From contig NC_057715.1 of NCBI RefSeq assembly GCF_004010195.1, forward strand, positions 120,447,673-120,511,672: DNA of 64,000 nt, in the 5' to 3' direction. The position numbers and the translations under genes were made by a program. This DNA comes from Chiloscyllium plagiosum (Eukaryota). Of this stretch, positions 14,200-25,541 are shown piece by piece. Position 1 is the stretch's first letter. Each line of letters begins with the position of its first letter. The notes under the pieces were generated by a model. The model was not told where the DNA came from. It was given only the letters and a program-made list of their open reading frames with translations, and ran no database searches.

Positions 14200-15270
14200 C
14201 ACCATTGGGTAGAGAACTGGCTCAAAGGTAGAAGACAGAGGGTGGTGGTGGAGGGTTGTTTTTCAGACTGGAGGCCAGTGACCAGTGGAGTGCCACAAGG
14301 ATCAGTGCTGGGTCTACTATTTTTCATCATTTATATAAATGATTTGGATGTGAGCACAAGAGGTACAGTAAGTAAGTTTGCAGATGACACCAAAAGTGGA
14401 GGTGTAGTGGACAGCAAAGACTCCGATTACAACGGGATCTTGACCAGATGGGCCAATGGGCTGAGAAGTGGCAGATGGAGTTTAATTTAGATAAATGTGA
14501 GGTACTGCATTTTGGGGAAACAAATCTTAGCAGGACTTATACACTTAATGGTAAGGTCTTAGGGAGTGTGGCTGAACAGAGAGATCTTGGAGTGCAGGTT
14601 CATAGCTTCTTGAAAGTGGAGTCGCAGGTAGATAGGATAGTGAAGGCGGTGCCTGGTACGCTTTCCTTTATTGGTCAGAGTATTGAGTACTGGGAGGTCA
14701 TGTTGCAGCTGTACAGGACATTGGTTAGGCCACTGTTGGAATACTGTCTGCAATTCTGGTCTCCTTCCTTTTGGAAAAATGTTGTGAAACTTGAAAGGGT
14801 TCAGAAAAGATATACAAAGATGTTACCAGGGTTGGAGGATTTGAGCTATAGGGAGAGGGTGAATAGGCTGGGGCTGTTTTCCCTGGGGTGTCAGAGGCTG
14901 AGGGGTGACCCCTTATAAAGATTTATAAGATCATGATGGGCATAGTTAGGGTAAATAGACAAAGTTTTTTCCCTAGGGTGGGGGAGTCCAGAACTAGAGG
15001 GCATAGGTTTAGGGTGAGGGGAAGATATAAAAGTGGCAACTTTTTCAAACAGAGGGTGGTACGTGCATGGAATGAGCTACCAGAAGAAGTGGTGGAGGCC
15101 GGTACAATTACAACATTTAAAAGGCATTTGGATGGGGACATGAATAGGAAGGGTTTGGAGGGGTATGGGCCAGGTGCTGGCAGAGTGGGACTAGATTGGG
15201 TTGGGATATCTGGTCGGCATGGACGAGTTGGACTGAAGGGTCTGTTTCTGTGCTGTATATCTCTGACTAT
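14200..15270 (+). mobile_element. CR1 LINE, 5'-truncated
   Basis: [27 protein letters not shown] and RPLLEYC motifs; CR1 tail. Confidence 0.9.
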
Positions 15271-15893
15271 GGATGGGAAGTAAGGTGAGCCATTCACCTC
15301 AAAATACATAGTCTTTGATCTCGTCACACAACAGGGAAATTATGTAATTGTTCAGGTTGAGTTTCTGATTCCCAGCAGGAAATTAGACAGAGTAATGCCA
15401 GTAAAATATAGACTCTCTCTAGGTGGAAACAAACAGTCATTGTCCGACAAGTTATTTGCCAACTGAAGCTTGGATGCTGTACAGAGCTGGTTACCCATGG
15501 TCATAGGCAGTTATTACATGGAGAGTCACCAGTGGAACAGACATCACTGAAAAAGTAAATTTGACGGAATGTAGCCACTTTGATACCAGCTGCAGACAAT
15601 AGTCCCTGATCAAGTTGCTGTTCATTGATCTTCTCCAAAGACAGACCATCTGATCAATTTCCTTTGTTTCGTATCCAACATAGAGTCATAGAGATGTACA
15701 GCATGGAAACAGACCCTTCAGTCCAATAACAATGCAAAGATGTTCATTTTTCTTCACTGGAGTAGGAATTCTAAGTGAGACCCAGTGCAAGGGACTAATT
15801 CCATGTTAATTAACTATGCTAGTCTTCTAATGCTTGAGTCTGGCACTGACACCACTTCATTACAACAAGAGAGAGTGTTGTGAATGAACTATA

Positions 15894-16052
15894 CAGAGGA
15901 ATCTCAATTATCCGGCATTCAATTATCCAAATTTTGGATTATCTGGCAAGATTGCAACGTCCCAATGCTTGGCTAAACGGTGTCATCCACCATTAGGTTA
16001 TCCGAACAAAATGCTCCCTGCCCGAGTCGTTCGAATAATCGAAGTTCCTCTG
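15894..16052. mobile_element. Tc1/mariner/pogo-type MITE
   Basis: Imperfect terminal inverted repeats CAGAGGAATCTCAATTATCCG / CGAATAATCGAAGTTCCTCTG flanked by TA on both sides. Confidence 0.75.
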
Positions 16053-17118
16053 TATGAAGATGGAGAACTTGGCTTTCCATCAGAGAAATAATAAATTAAA
16101 TCTAATCATGTTTACAACTTGGAGCTGCCTTGGGCACAAACTAAATGTTGTCATTTAAATTTTCAAGTATTTGTTTCCCCCGTTGCTACAACATTTACAG
16201 TTTCAGAATGTATGAGCAGGCTTAAAATACAAAAATCAAAACCATAATCATTATATTGTTTCACTAGGTGTGATATTGATGAGGAGTGTTAAGAGACAAA
16301 TCTTTCAAAGCTTGTCGCCATCCCCTTGGGTTTCATTTTTTGGTGTTGAATTTCCTTGCATCTATGATAAAGTTCAACAATGCAGATCAGGCACTTATGG
16401 ACAACCAGTTACACTGACAGGAGAATCTAATAAGAGCTTTCACTTGTATGGATTTATTTCTGTAACAGACTGGACATAGAATCTCTTCCACTGGCTCAGC
16501 AACCTAGGAGTAAGGGAAGAACAACTTAAAACTCAGCTTGATCTCTTAGGAATTCAGCTGTTTTTTTTAAAATTCATTCATCCATTAGCATTGCTGCTAC
16601 ATGGGCACCACTGACTGGGCCAGCAATTACCGTCCATCCCTTGAGGGGATGCCCTGGAGAGCTGTCTTCTTGAACCACTGCAGTCATTTGATGTCATCAT
16701 TTTAGATGGAAGTGGTCATGGGTTTGGAAGGTGCGATCTAAGGAACCATATAATCTTGCAAAAGTATACCGCTGTTACTGAGCACTGGTGGAGGAGGGAG
16801 TACATTTTTGTGGATATGATGCCAATCAAACGGGTTGTCAATCCTGGAGGGTGTGAACACTATTTGTCACTTATCAACCCAAACATGTCTCCCTACATTT
16901 GGACGTGGACTGTTACGGTATGCATTGTGAATAGTGCAGTTATTAATCAAATTGTAGAAATCATAGAATCCCTATAGTGTGGAAACAGGCCATTCAGCCC
17001 AAAGTCCACACCGACCATCCAAAGACCATCCCACGCTATACCTGTAACCCTTAACTTCCCCACACTCAATCCACCTAACCCGCACATCTTTGGTTGAAAC
17101 TTTATTGCTGGAACAGCA

Positions 17119-17618
17119 NNNNNNNNNNNNNNNNNNNNNNNNNNNNNNNNNNNNNNNNNNNNNNNNNNNNNNNNNNNNNNNNNNNNNNNNNNNNNNNNNN
17201 NNNNNNNNNNNNNNNNNNNNNNNNNNNNNNNNNNNNNNNNNNNNNNNNNNNNNNNNNNNNNNNNNNNNNNNNNNNNNNNNNNNNNNNNNNNNNNNNNNNN
17301 NNNNNNNNNNNNNNNNNNNNNNNNNNNNNNNNNNNNNNNNNNNNNNNNNNNNNNNNNNNNNNNNNNNNNNNNNNNNNNNNNNNNNNNNNNNNNNNNNNNN
17401 NNNNNNNNNNNNNNNNNNNNNNNNNNNNNNNNNNNNNNNNNNNNNNNNNNNNNNNNNNNNNNNNNNNNNNNNNNNNNNNNNNNNNNNNNNNNNNNNNNNN
17501 NNNNNNNNNNNNNNNNNNNNNNNNNNNNNNNNNNNNNNNNNNNNNNNNNNNNNNNNNNNNNNNNNNNNNNNNNNNNNNNNNNNNNNNNNNNNNNNNNNNN
17601 NNNNNNNNNNNNNNNNNN
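17119..17618. other. Assembly gap (500 N, likely placeholder size) inside PIWIL1
   Basis: N run. Other gaps lie at 45435-46391, 50619-51118, 52071-52076, 60637-61133 and 62741-63580. Confidence 0.99.
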
Positions 17619-17819
17619 AGACTACCGCAGCAAACGTTTTCTTAAATCATAGCATGTGGCAGGAACTGGTTGGGCCAGCATTTATTGCCCATCCCTAGTT
17701 CCTCTTGAGAAGGTAATGGAAAACTGCCTTCTTGAACTACTGCAGTCCATGTGGTGTAGGCAAACTCAACAGGATGAAAGATATCTATTAACCTATGGGA
17801 GGGAGTTCAGGAGTATTGG

Positions 17820-18420
17820 ATAACAAAGTCCTCTACAAGTGAACGGATGTCCTAGTGTACAAAATAGCCGTTGTTATCACACTCCTGTGCTACAATAGTC
17901 CTGGACTGTGCACTAGCAACACATAAAAGCATTAGATAAATTCCACTACCAATGACTCTACCTCATTCTCTGGATTCAACAAGAGGGCCAAACAAATATT
18001 AACGTTAGACTCAAAGCTAGCCCCACTAGCAGTCAGACAGAACTCCCGCACATTCAACTAGGATGGACTGAGCATTGTGTCCTGATGACTAAAACAGTTA
18101 CCCTGCCAGGTCCCACTTTCACAATCCTAAAATGACCAGCATTTCAGGCAGGTCAAAGAAAATACTTGAACAGCATTCACAAGGTCTTCTTAAAGTATGG
18201 CAGCATGGATCAGGAGCAAATTGCTACCAGTAAAAATGGCAATAAATTGTCCATCAAGCTGTATTATTCAGGTCCAAGAATCTTGATGTTTAACCAAAGC
18301 AGCAGAGAGGGAGAAGCAAATCCTGCATCCCAAATTCCACTAGCTCATTGGATATCCTGCCAGTTCAGACCCTCTGCAGAAACTCATGACCGAGTAAATG
18401 GCACTCTCGAATTAAGGAGA
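17820..18420 (+). mobile_element. RTE-clade LINE 3' remnant
   Basis: Decayed VY..V...TLL...WTV...HIKALDKFH...LILWIQ pattern typical of the RTE ORF C-terminus. Confidence 0.55.
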
Positions 18421-18639
18421 GCTGCTAACATGTACAGATAGAATCTGACCAAGGCTTGGTTCAACTTTAGATTTAGATTACTTAGTGTGGAAACAGGCCC
18501 TTCGGCCCAACAAGTCCACACCGACCTGCCGAAGCGCAACCCACCCAGACCCCTACATTTACCCCTTACCTAACACTACGGGCAATACACCACACATGTA
18601 CAGATAGAATCTGACCAAGGCTTGGTTCAACTTTAGATT

Positions 18640-18932
18640 TAGATTACTTACAGTGTGGAAACAGGCCCTTTGGCCCAACAAGTCCACACCGACCTGCCGA
18701 AGCGCAACCCACCCATACCCCTACATTTACCCCTTATCTAACACTACGGGCAATTTAGCATGGCAATTCACCTGACCTGCACATCTTTGGACTGTGGGAG
18801 GAAACCGGAGCACCCGGAGCAAACCCATGCAGACACGGGGAGAATGTGCAAACTCCACACAGTCAGTCCCGAGGCGGGAATTGAACTCGTGTCTCTGGCG
18901 CTGTGAGGCAGCAGTGCTAACCACTGTGCCAC
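18640..18932 (-). mobile_element. HE1-like tRNA-derived SINE
   Basis: A-box GGTGGCACAGTGGTTAG and B-box GAGTTCAATTCC, central TGTGTGGAGTTTGCACATTCTCCCCG domain, CR1-like tail GGGCCAAAGGGCCTGTTTCC with (AATCT)n. Confidence 0.9.
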
Positions 18933-19149
18933 CTGAAGCATTACTATCTCATTGGTGTATGCCAAACCCTTTGGACAAAGCCAAAATTCCATTACATAAC
19001 CCATGAATGTATACAAAACAGGCAGTTCAACATTCTTGCTAATAATGGATTAACTATTGGCACAGACATGGGAGCAAGAAACAAGTGTAGGTTTCAAACA
19101 TTGGCTCACAATTTGAGCAAGATTAGCCAAGGAAAAGTTGCACTCAATG

Positions 19150-19925
19150 GTCAACACCAACCTCACCTTCCCATATAACCACAGAAAGTGCAACACCTAC
19201 CCATTCACCTCTTTCCTACTCACCATCCAAGGGCCAAAACAGTCTTTCCAGATGAAGCAGCATTTCACTTGTACCTCCTCCAATCTGGTCTATTGCATTT
19301 GCTGCACCCAATGTGGTCTATTCTACATTGGAAAAACCAAACGCAGACTGGGTGGCTGCTTTACAGAACACCTGTGATTTGTGCACATGACCCCAACTTC
19401 CCTGTAGCCAGACGTTTTAACACAGCATCCTTGTCATGTGCACAATGTTTGCCCTCAGCGGTTTTACAATGCTCCAGCGAATCACACAAGAACTGGAAGA
19501 ACATCATATCTTCAGGCTAGGCACTTTACAACCTTCTGGACTTAATATGGACTTCAACATCTTCAGATTGTGAACTCTCTCTCTCTATTCTTTCCCTTTC
19601 TTTAAGCTTTACTTGTTGGATTCTGTCACCATAGCCTCTCTCCCATCCCCTCACTATCTGTCCTTTCCAATTTGGCAGTTAGACACACCATTGTTCTAAC
19701 ATTCCAATCACTTAATCTGCAGCATCAACATCCTTTTGCCCCTAGCACTTCCACCCACTATTGCATAAATGCTACCCCCTCCACACTTCATGTCAGCTGG
19801 TATCTAGACTTGAAACATTAGTTTCCTCACTCTCTCCACAGATGCTGCCTAAGCTGCTAAGTTTTCCAGCATTTCTTGTTTTCAGTGCTAATTCCAGCAT
19901 CTGCAGTAATTTGCTTTTGCAGAAC
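19150..19925 (+). mobile_element. Penelope-like 3' fragment (GIY-YIG)
   Basis: FTCTSSNLVYCICCTQCGLFYIGKTKRRLGGCFTEHL in ORF 19138..19377, followed by a decayed version of the Penelope-type tail. Confidence 0.8.
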
Positions 19926-21548
19926 TCAAGTACCTGTACTTCAATGCCAAAAGGGGGTCACACTGGGCTTGAAATATTTTCTCACTTCACAGATTCTGCC
20001 AGACCAGAGTTTCTCCAGCACGTTTTGGTTTTAATTCAGAATTACATCTCCCACAGTGGTTTGCTTTTGACAACACATTTCCTTGAAGCTGCAATTTCAT
20101 CAAAATCAGATAGGGAACTTATTCCATTACTTAAGGGGACTACACTGGGTTTTATTCCATGGATTACAAAGCCTTATAATACAGTAAAATTTGCATTTAA
20201 CATTTGCAAGAACTGTTAGAACCACTGTACTGCAAATATAACAGTCTGGCTTTTCCAGGCAAAAATGCTAAGATGGCAAAAGAAAAATACTGCAGATGCT
20301 GGAAATCTGAAGTAGATTTAATATTCAACAAGCCAGGCAGCATCAGTGAAGAAAAAGTGAGCTAATGCTTCAGGTCCATTAATTTTGATCACAACCTTCT
20401 ATCAAGGACTTAAAAAGTTAGAATCAATTTTGACTTTCTGGTATCCCAGCTACAAGACTGGGTGTTGAGAAGCAGAAGGGTGTATGACAAAATAAGCACA
20501 CACGAAGGATCGGAATTGGAGGGTGGGGGAGAAACATGTTTTCAAATCGGTGCAATGGACCAAACAAAAGCTGGAACACATCAAGCCACATTCATTCACC
20601 AGAACAAAAGGAGGACAAAAGAAAACTATGAAGATAAAGCACAAATATACAACTCTATATTTGGAAATAAAAATAAAAATAAGCTTTCACCACACATTTA
20701 AAAAAGACAAATCGTTAAGTTGTAAAACTACAGCAGTGAAACAGGGATAATCTTCTTACCAAAATTAACTGATGGAAGCTGTTTTATGATAAAACAAATT
20801 TTTAAAACACCATTAGTCTCACTCAAAAATTTTTTAAAGTTACAGTTTGTTGAATAAGGTGCAAATGGGTTTTTAAATGATTTACTGCCATTTGCTGAAT
20901 CACCTTTTTGACCTCCACAGTAGTAGCGTTTATGCCTTTAAAACATTTAATGAAGAGTCACGTAAACAAGGACAATTGACACTTTTTACTTCCTTCTTTG
21001 CAAGGAGAACTTTTTAAATGTGCTTAGCTATTTGGCCTACGTAAAGGCATACTATTGTTGGAATCCAGAGATCCTATGAGAACGAAATTAGAAGCCACAC
21101 GACACCAGGGCATAGTCCAACAGGTTTATTTGAAATGAAGTTTTCAGAGCACTGCTTCTTTGTCATAACCTGACAAAAGAGCAAACCAAAAGTTTGCGGT
21201 TTTAAATAAACTATTGGACTATGACCTGGTGTCATATTGATTTCTGACATTGTCCATCCCAGTCCAACACCAGCATCTCCACATCAGGAGAAAGATGTCC
21301 TCACCCCAAGTCATTGGCTTTTTGTGGGCAGCTTTCTTCTACATTAAATGGTAAGTTCTGATACTGCTAATGAGTGCAAAATCCAAGCCTGAAACTAAGT
21401 CTGAAGAATTTCAAAACTTTTCCTCAAAGATCAGTTTTCCTGGTAACAAATGACAGCTTCCAATGAACAGTTTTGCAAAACACATTTGATATGAACTATA
21501 GCATTACTAGGCAAAATTTAAAATACATGTATAAGCAAATTTACTTAC

Positions 21549-21629
21549 TAGCCTTGGAGCAACAGGCTGGGTGCTTGCTTCAGGGACACGAGCCCGCCCT
21601 CGGGCCCGAGAACGTGCTCTTCCACTCAT
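21549..21629 (-). CDS. PIWIL1: PIWI-like protein 1, first coding exon (MSGRARSRARGRARVPEASTQPVAPRL)
   Basis: Manual reverse-strand translation gives the RA/RG-rich N-terminus typical of PIWIL1 (MTGRARARARGRAR). GTAAGT donor follows; a pyrimidine-tract CAG acceptor at 21667-21668 makes the exon 21549-21666. Confidence 0.9.
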
Positions 21630-22140
21630 TTTTTGTCAATTCAATGTCCTACAGTTTTTTTCCTGTCTGAGGAGGGAAAAGTAATGTAAACTCAAACTCC
21701 CCAGATCAGCATTAAGGTGTTAAAAGATCTCAAGAGACACAGTTAGAGATCAGACAAATTTCTTGAAAGTCATTTGCTGGTCAGCATCCATGGCACAGCA
21801 AAATGTCAAGTTTTCGCATTTACTCTCCAGCAAAAAGATCAGCTAACACTGTTGGGAGAAGGTGAGGAATGCTGCTTTTCAGATGGGGCCAGTTTTGGGT
21901 GTAAGGCAGGTGGGCAAAGAATGAAGAGAGGAGGAGAAGGAACATAAATGAGGTCCAGCTCAGGGGTACGGGGGGGAGACAAAGGGAAGGGAGGAGGGTT
22001 GGGGGATGAAGGGGGAGAGAGAGAGAGGCAGAGGACCATCTGGGAAAGTGAAGAGGAAGAAAGCAAAGGAACACTTTGAAAAGTTTTGGGAATTATGGAA
22101 GAAGAATCAAAAAGGTCAACTTGTTTGGGGGAAGGGAGGC

Positions 22141-22230
22141 AAAAAGAGACCAGTTATAGAAGGAGAGGGCAAAAAGAGACCAGTTATAGAAGGAGAGGGC
22201 AAAAAGAGACCAGTTATAGAAGGAGAGGGC
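22141..22230. repeat. Three exact 30-bp tandem copies (AAAAAGAGACCAGTTATAGAAGGAGAGGGC)
   Basis: Direct inspection; lies in the putative PIWIL1 intron 1. Confidence 0.95.
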
Positions 22231-22329
22231 ATGAGAGATAAACATAAGACTTCTTTGGAGGGAAACTCGAGAGGAGTCTGAGGCCGTAACAATTCCAGAC
22301 CTTAAGCTCGCAACAAATAACAACCAATA

Positions 22330-22810
22330 ATCCCTTCCCGCGCAGATGTCTTCGCCAACACTGTGGCGAAGTTATCATTAAATATAACGACCGTTCATCG
22401 CCCTCACCGTGAACTGACAGTAACGACACCGAGCAGCCCTCCCCCCGTCCCGGAGCCACCCCGCGTGGCGACTAACCGCCTTCCCCCTGAACTTCCCAAC
22501 ACAGGCACGCGCTACTACCGCATCACCGCAATCCCTCCGCACAGATCTCACAGTTGGTGCTTCAATTCACATTTGTAGCAATAATATATATCCTAATGCA
22601 ATACCTTCGCACATACCTGTAGCACCAAGCATAAATATTTTGATTTAGTTGTTATTTAGCAGTCTGGATCTATTTGACACGTGATCAGTGGAAGGATTTT
22701 TGTGTAGAGTTAGAGGAGGAGCGCGGTTTCACAAGTAGAGCGCATGCGCAGTGTTAGGCGGGAAAAAAGGCAGGTTTCAGCGCGTGGGCACAAGAGAAGC
22801 GACGTCAATT
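22330..22810 (-). promoter_or_regulatory. CpG-rich PIWIL1 promoter and putative non-coding first exon
   Basis: Local CpG enrichment; candidate GTGAG donor at 22403-22407; CACGTG at 22678-22683, GCGCATGCGCA (NRF1-like) at 22740-22750, GGCGGGAAA (E2F/E2F6-like) at 22757-22765, GACGTCA (CRE-like) at 22801-22807. Confidence 0.65.
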
Positions 22811-22869
22811 CAGCAGAAAATTCAAACTTATTGTTTGTTTTGTCTCAATTGTATGTTCATGTGAAGGAA

Positions 22870-23310
22870 TTATTTATTCACCTGTCTTTTGAACTTGCGG
22901 GGATGGTATTCCCATGAGACAGCTGCTCTTGTCCTTCTAGATGGGAGTGGCCGTGGGTTTGGAAGGTGCTGTCTGAGGGTCTTTGGTGAGTTTCTGCAGT
23001 GTATCTTGTAGATGGTGCTCACTGCTGTTACTGAGCGTTGGTGGGATGCTTGTGGATGTGGAGCCAATCAAGCGGGGGCTGCTTTGTCCCAAATGGTGTT
23101 GAGCTTCTTGAGTGTTGTTGGAGCTGCCCCCATCCAGGCAAGTGGGGAGTATTCCCTCACCCTCCTGAGTTGTGCCTTGTAGATGGTGGACAGGCTTTTG
23201 GGGAGTCAGGGTGAGAGGTACTTGCTGCAAGATACCCAGTCTCTGACCTACTCTTATAGCCATTGTGTTTATGTGGTGTGTCTGGTCAATAGTAGTCCCA
23301 AGGATGTTGA
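22870..23310 (-). mobile_element. Older LINE 3' fragment (same family as 7100-7680, 33030-33530, 16560-16960)
   Basis: Reverse complement of the motif ACAGCACCTTCCAAACCCA...TCTAGAAGGACAAGAGCAGC shared among the copies. Confidence 0.65.
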
Positions 23311-24612
23311 TGCCCTGTATTTTTTATGTGAAGACATGCAAGGATAGTGCAAAATAAGGGATATTACTCTAAAGGATGTGCAAGAGCAGAGACGTGAGTG
23401 GTTATGTGCATAAGTTGTTAAAGGTGACAGGCCAGGTTGACAAAGTTGTTAAGGTGTTGCTGAACTTGTACAAGGCACTAATTAGACCTCAGGTGCAGTA
23501 ATGTGTACTGAATGAAATGGTCATTTCGAGAGCCAGACATACACCATGGGCCAAATGGCCCCTCTCTGTACCAGAACAACCCTGATTTTAAGTAGTTAAA
23601 TTATATTTTTTGGAATACTTTAAACCAAGGAACTGTGTAGAAGATGTTAGTTATTAAACATTTACTGGAACTCATTGAGAGTTGAATCCAGAATGCTGCC
23701 TTACTTTTGAAGTGAGACAACCTGCTAGACATCTCAACTCACTGTGACTGTCTTTTGATGGTTTATTTAAAATCAGGATCAAGAGTGCTCTGCATAGTAA
23801 CAGTTTCTTGATTAGTTCTTCAAGGAGTGGTTACAGCTTTGTATTTGGACAACACAGCAGAAACATTCAGCCTGTGACGGAGAAAGCACCTAAATCTCTT
23901 GGTGACTTTCTCTCTCACCCTTCAAGAATGGAGAAGTAAAAGAAAACGGCTAGTTCTTCTCGGTCTTCCTGACAGTAAGCTTGGTTGTTTTGATTGTTAG
24001 AGATCAAAGGAATGTTCAGATTATTTTACACATTTTTGGTAAAGCATCTTCGCTTTTACAAGTGGCAATTTCTGGGTTTGTCCTGTGTAAGCACCATGGG
24101 TGGAATATTCTAGTCTCAGAAAAGGCAAGGTAGGAGGCACAATGGGTAATTATTTCAATAGGGAGGGTACATACCCAATCCCTATTCCTCTTGCCTCCAC
24201 TGGTATTATAGTTATTGATGGGAAATATCATTGACCTTTAGTCCAATATTAATTGATTTCATTTTATTGAGGGTGGGGTGGGGTTGGTTCTCAATCAAAA
24301 GCACTCTGCCCTGAGTATCCCAACATCACAAAGATGTTGGGGGTATTGGATTGTAAAAGCACTGCTGTCAGCTGTTCTGAGTTGGAATCAAGGATAAAAT
24401 GGTAAGCATTTCTACCTAGTTACAAGTTTAATGTGTGTCATGTTACTGGGGAACAGAACTGAGAAAGTCAATTTGAGCTCAGATTACGTGCTTCTTTGCA
24501 ACTCACTGAATATCCCAGACAGAAGGCAGCAGGTCTACATGGAGAGAAAAGGGTAACTTGAATTTGCAAGCTGCTACAAATGATAAGGATGGAAGACTGT
24601 CTTTAGACAAAT

Positions 24613-24817
24613 ATGATGTGGAGGTGCCGGTGTTGGACTGGGGTTGACAAAGTTAAAAATCACAACACCAGGTTATAGTCCAACAGACTTATTTGGAAAT
24701 ACTAGCTTTCAGAGCGCTGCTGCTGCTTCTAGTTACCTGATGAAGAAGTTGCACTCTGAAAGCTAGTATTTCCAAATAAGTCTGTTGGACTATAACCTGG
24801 TGTTGTGATTTTTAACT
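24613..24817. mobile_element. Second family of palindromic Penelope-type short element (related copy at about 21090-21285)
   Basis: Inverted arms AGTTAAAAATCACACAACACCAGGTTATAGTCCAACAG...CTGTTGGACTATAACCTGGTGTTGTGATTTTTAACT around a CTGATGA...GAAA core. Confidence 0.75.
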
Positions 24818-25151
24818 CCAGAAAAATACACACATCTTTTGACATTCTGTGGATTTCAGATGGTTTGTTTGGCAGGACTGGAGAAGAAGAATCACCAAGA
24901 TAGGTTTTACTGCTGGGGTTGGATTTAAAGAATTCTCCAAAAAACTACAGATATCACCTGAGAACAGTCACTTGAAGTTACTTCTCAATGTACCAAGGTC
25001 ACAAACCTATTGTAAGATAGGAACAAAGATGGACTGTCAGCTAAAAGGACTGCATTTCCATCGAGTGTATGATGGCTGATGAGTATAAATTGTGGAATGT
25101 TCCATTTTGTGATTTAAAGTATATAGTGCTGACAAACATAAATAATATTTG

Positions 25152-25435
25152 AGGAGAAAGTGAGGACTGCAGATGCTGGAGATCAGAGCTGAAAATGTGT
25201 TGCTGGAAAAGCGCAGCAGGTCAGGCAGCATCCAGGGAACAGGAGAATCGACGTTTTGGGCATAAACCCTTCTTCAGAAATTAGGAAAGTTTGTCCAGCA
25301 GGTTAAGATACCTTTTATCTTACCTTTTATCTTAGCCTGCTGGACAAACTTTCCTCATTCCTGAAGAAGGGCTTATGCCCGAAACGTCGATTCTCCTGTT
25401 CCCTGGATGCTGCCTGACCTGCTGCGCATTTTCAG
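25152..25435. mobile_element. Palindromic Penelope-derived short element with hammerhead-like core
   Basis: Two inverted arms; CTGAAGA-AGGGCTTATGCCC-GAAAC-GTC at 25361-25388; 15-bp TSD CATAAATAATATTTG at 25137-25151 and 25436-25450. Confidence 0.85.
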
Positions 25436-25541
25436 CATAAATAATATTTGGTCAATTGTGTTTCTAATCACTTGTTTCAGTAAGTGTTTAAAAATGTGAA
25501 ACTTGCTGTGTCATTCTTTCAGTTTCCAGTCTTGCAACTGG

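Noticed and set aside
17090-17698. Long ORFs spanning N runs (also 45133..46558, 50544..51424, 60267..61565)
   Set aside because: Their length is an artefact of translating through assembly gaps.
20760-21349. Tiny AG...GT segments on the minus strand (about 21305-21338, 20904-20935, 20760-20778) as PIWIL1 exons
   Set aside because: Splice-like boundaries exist but the peptides show no recognisable Piwi similarity; unsupported without RNA data.
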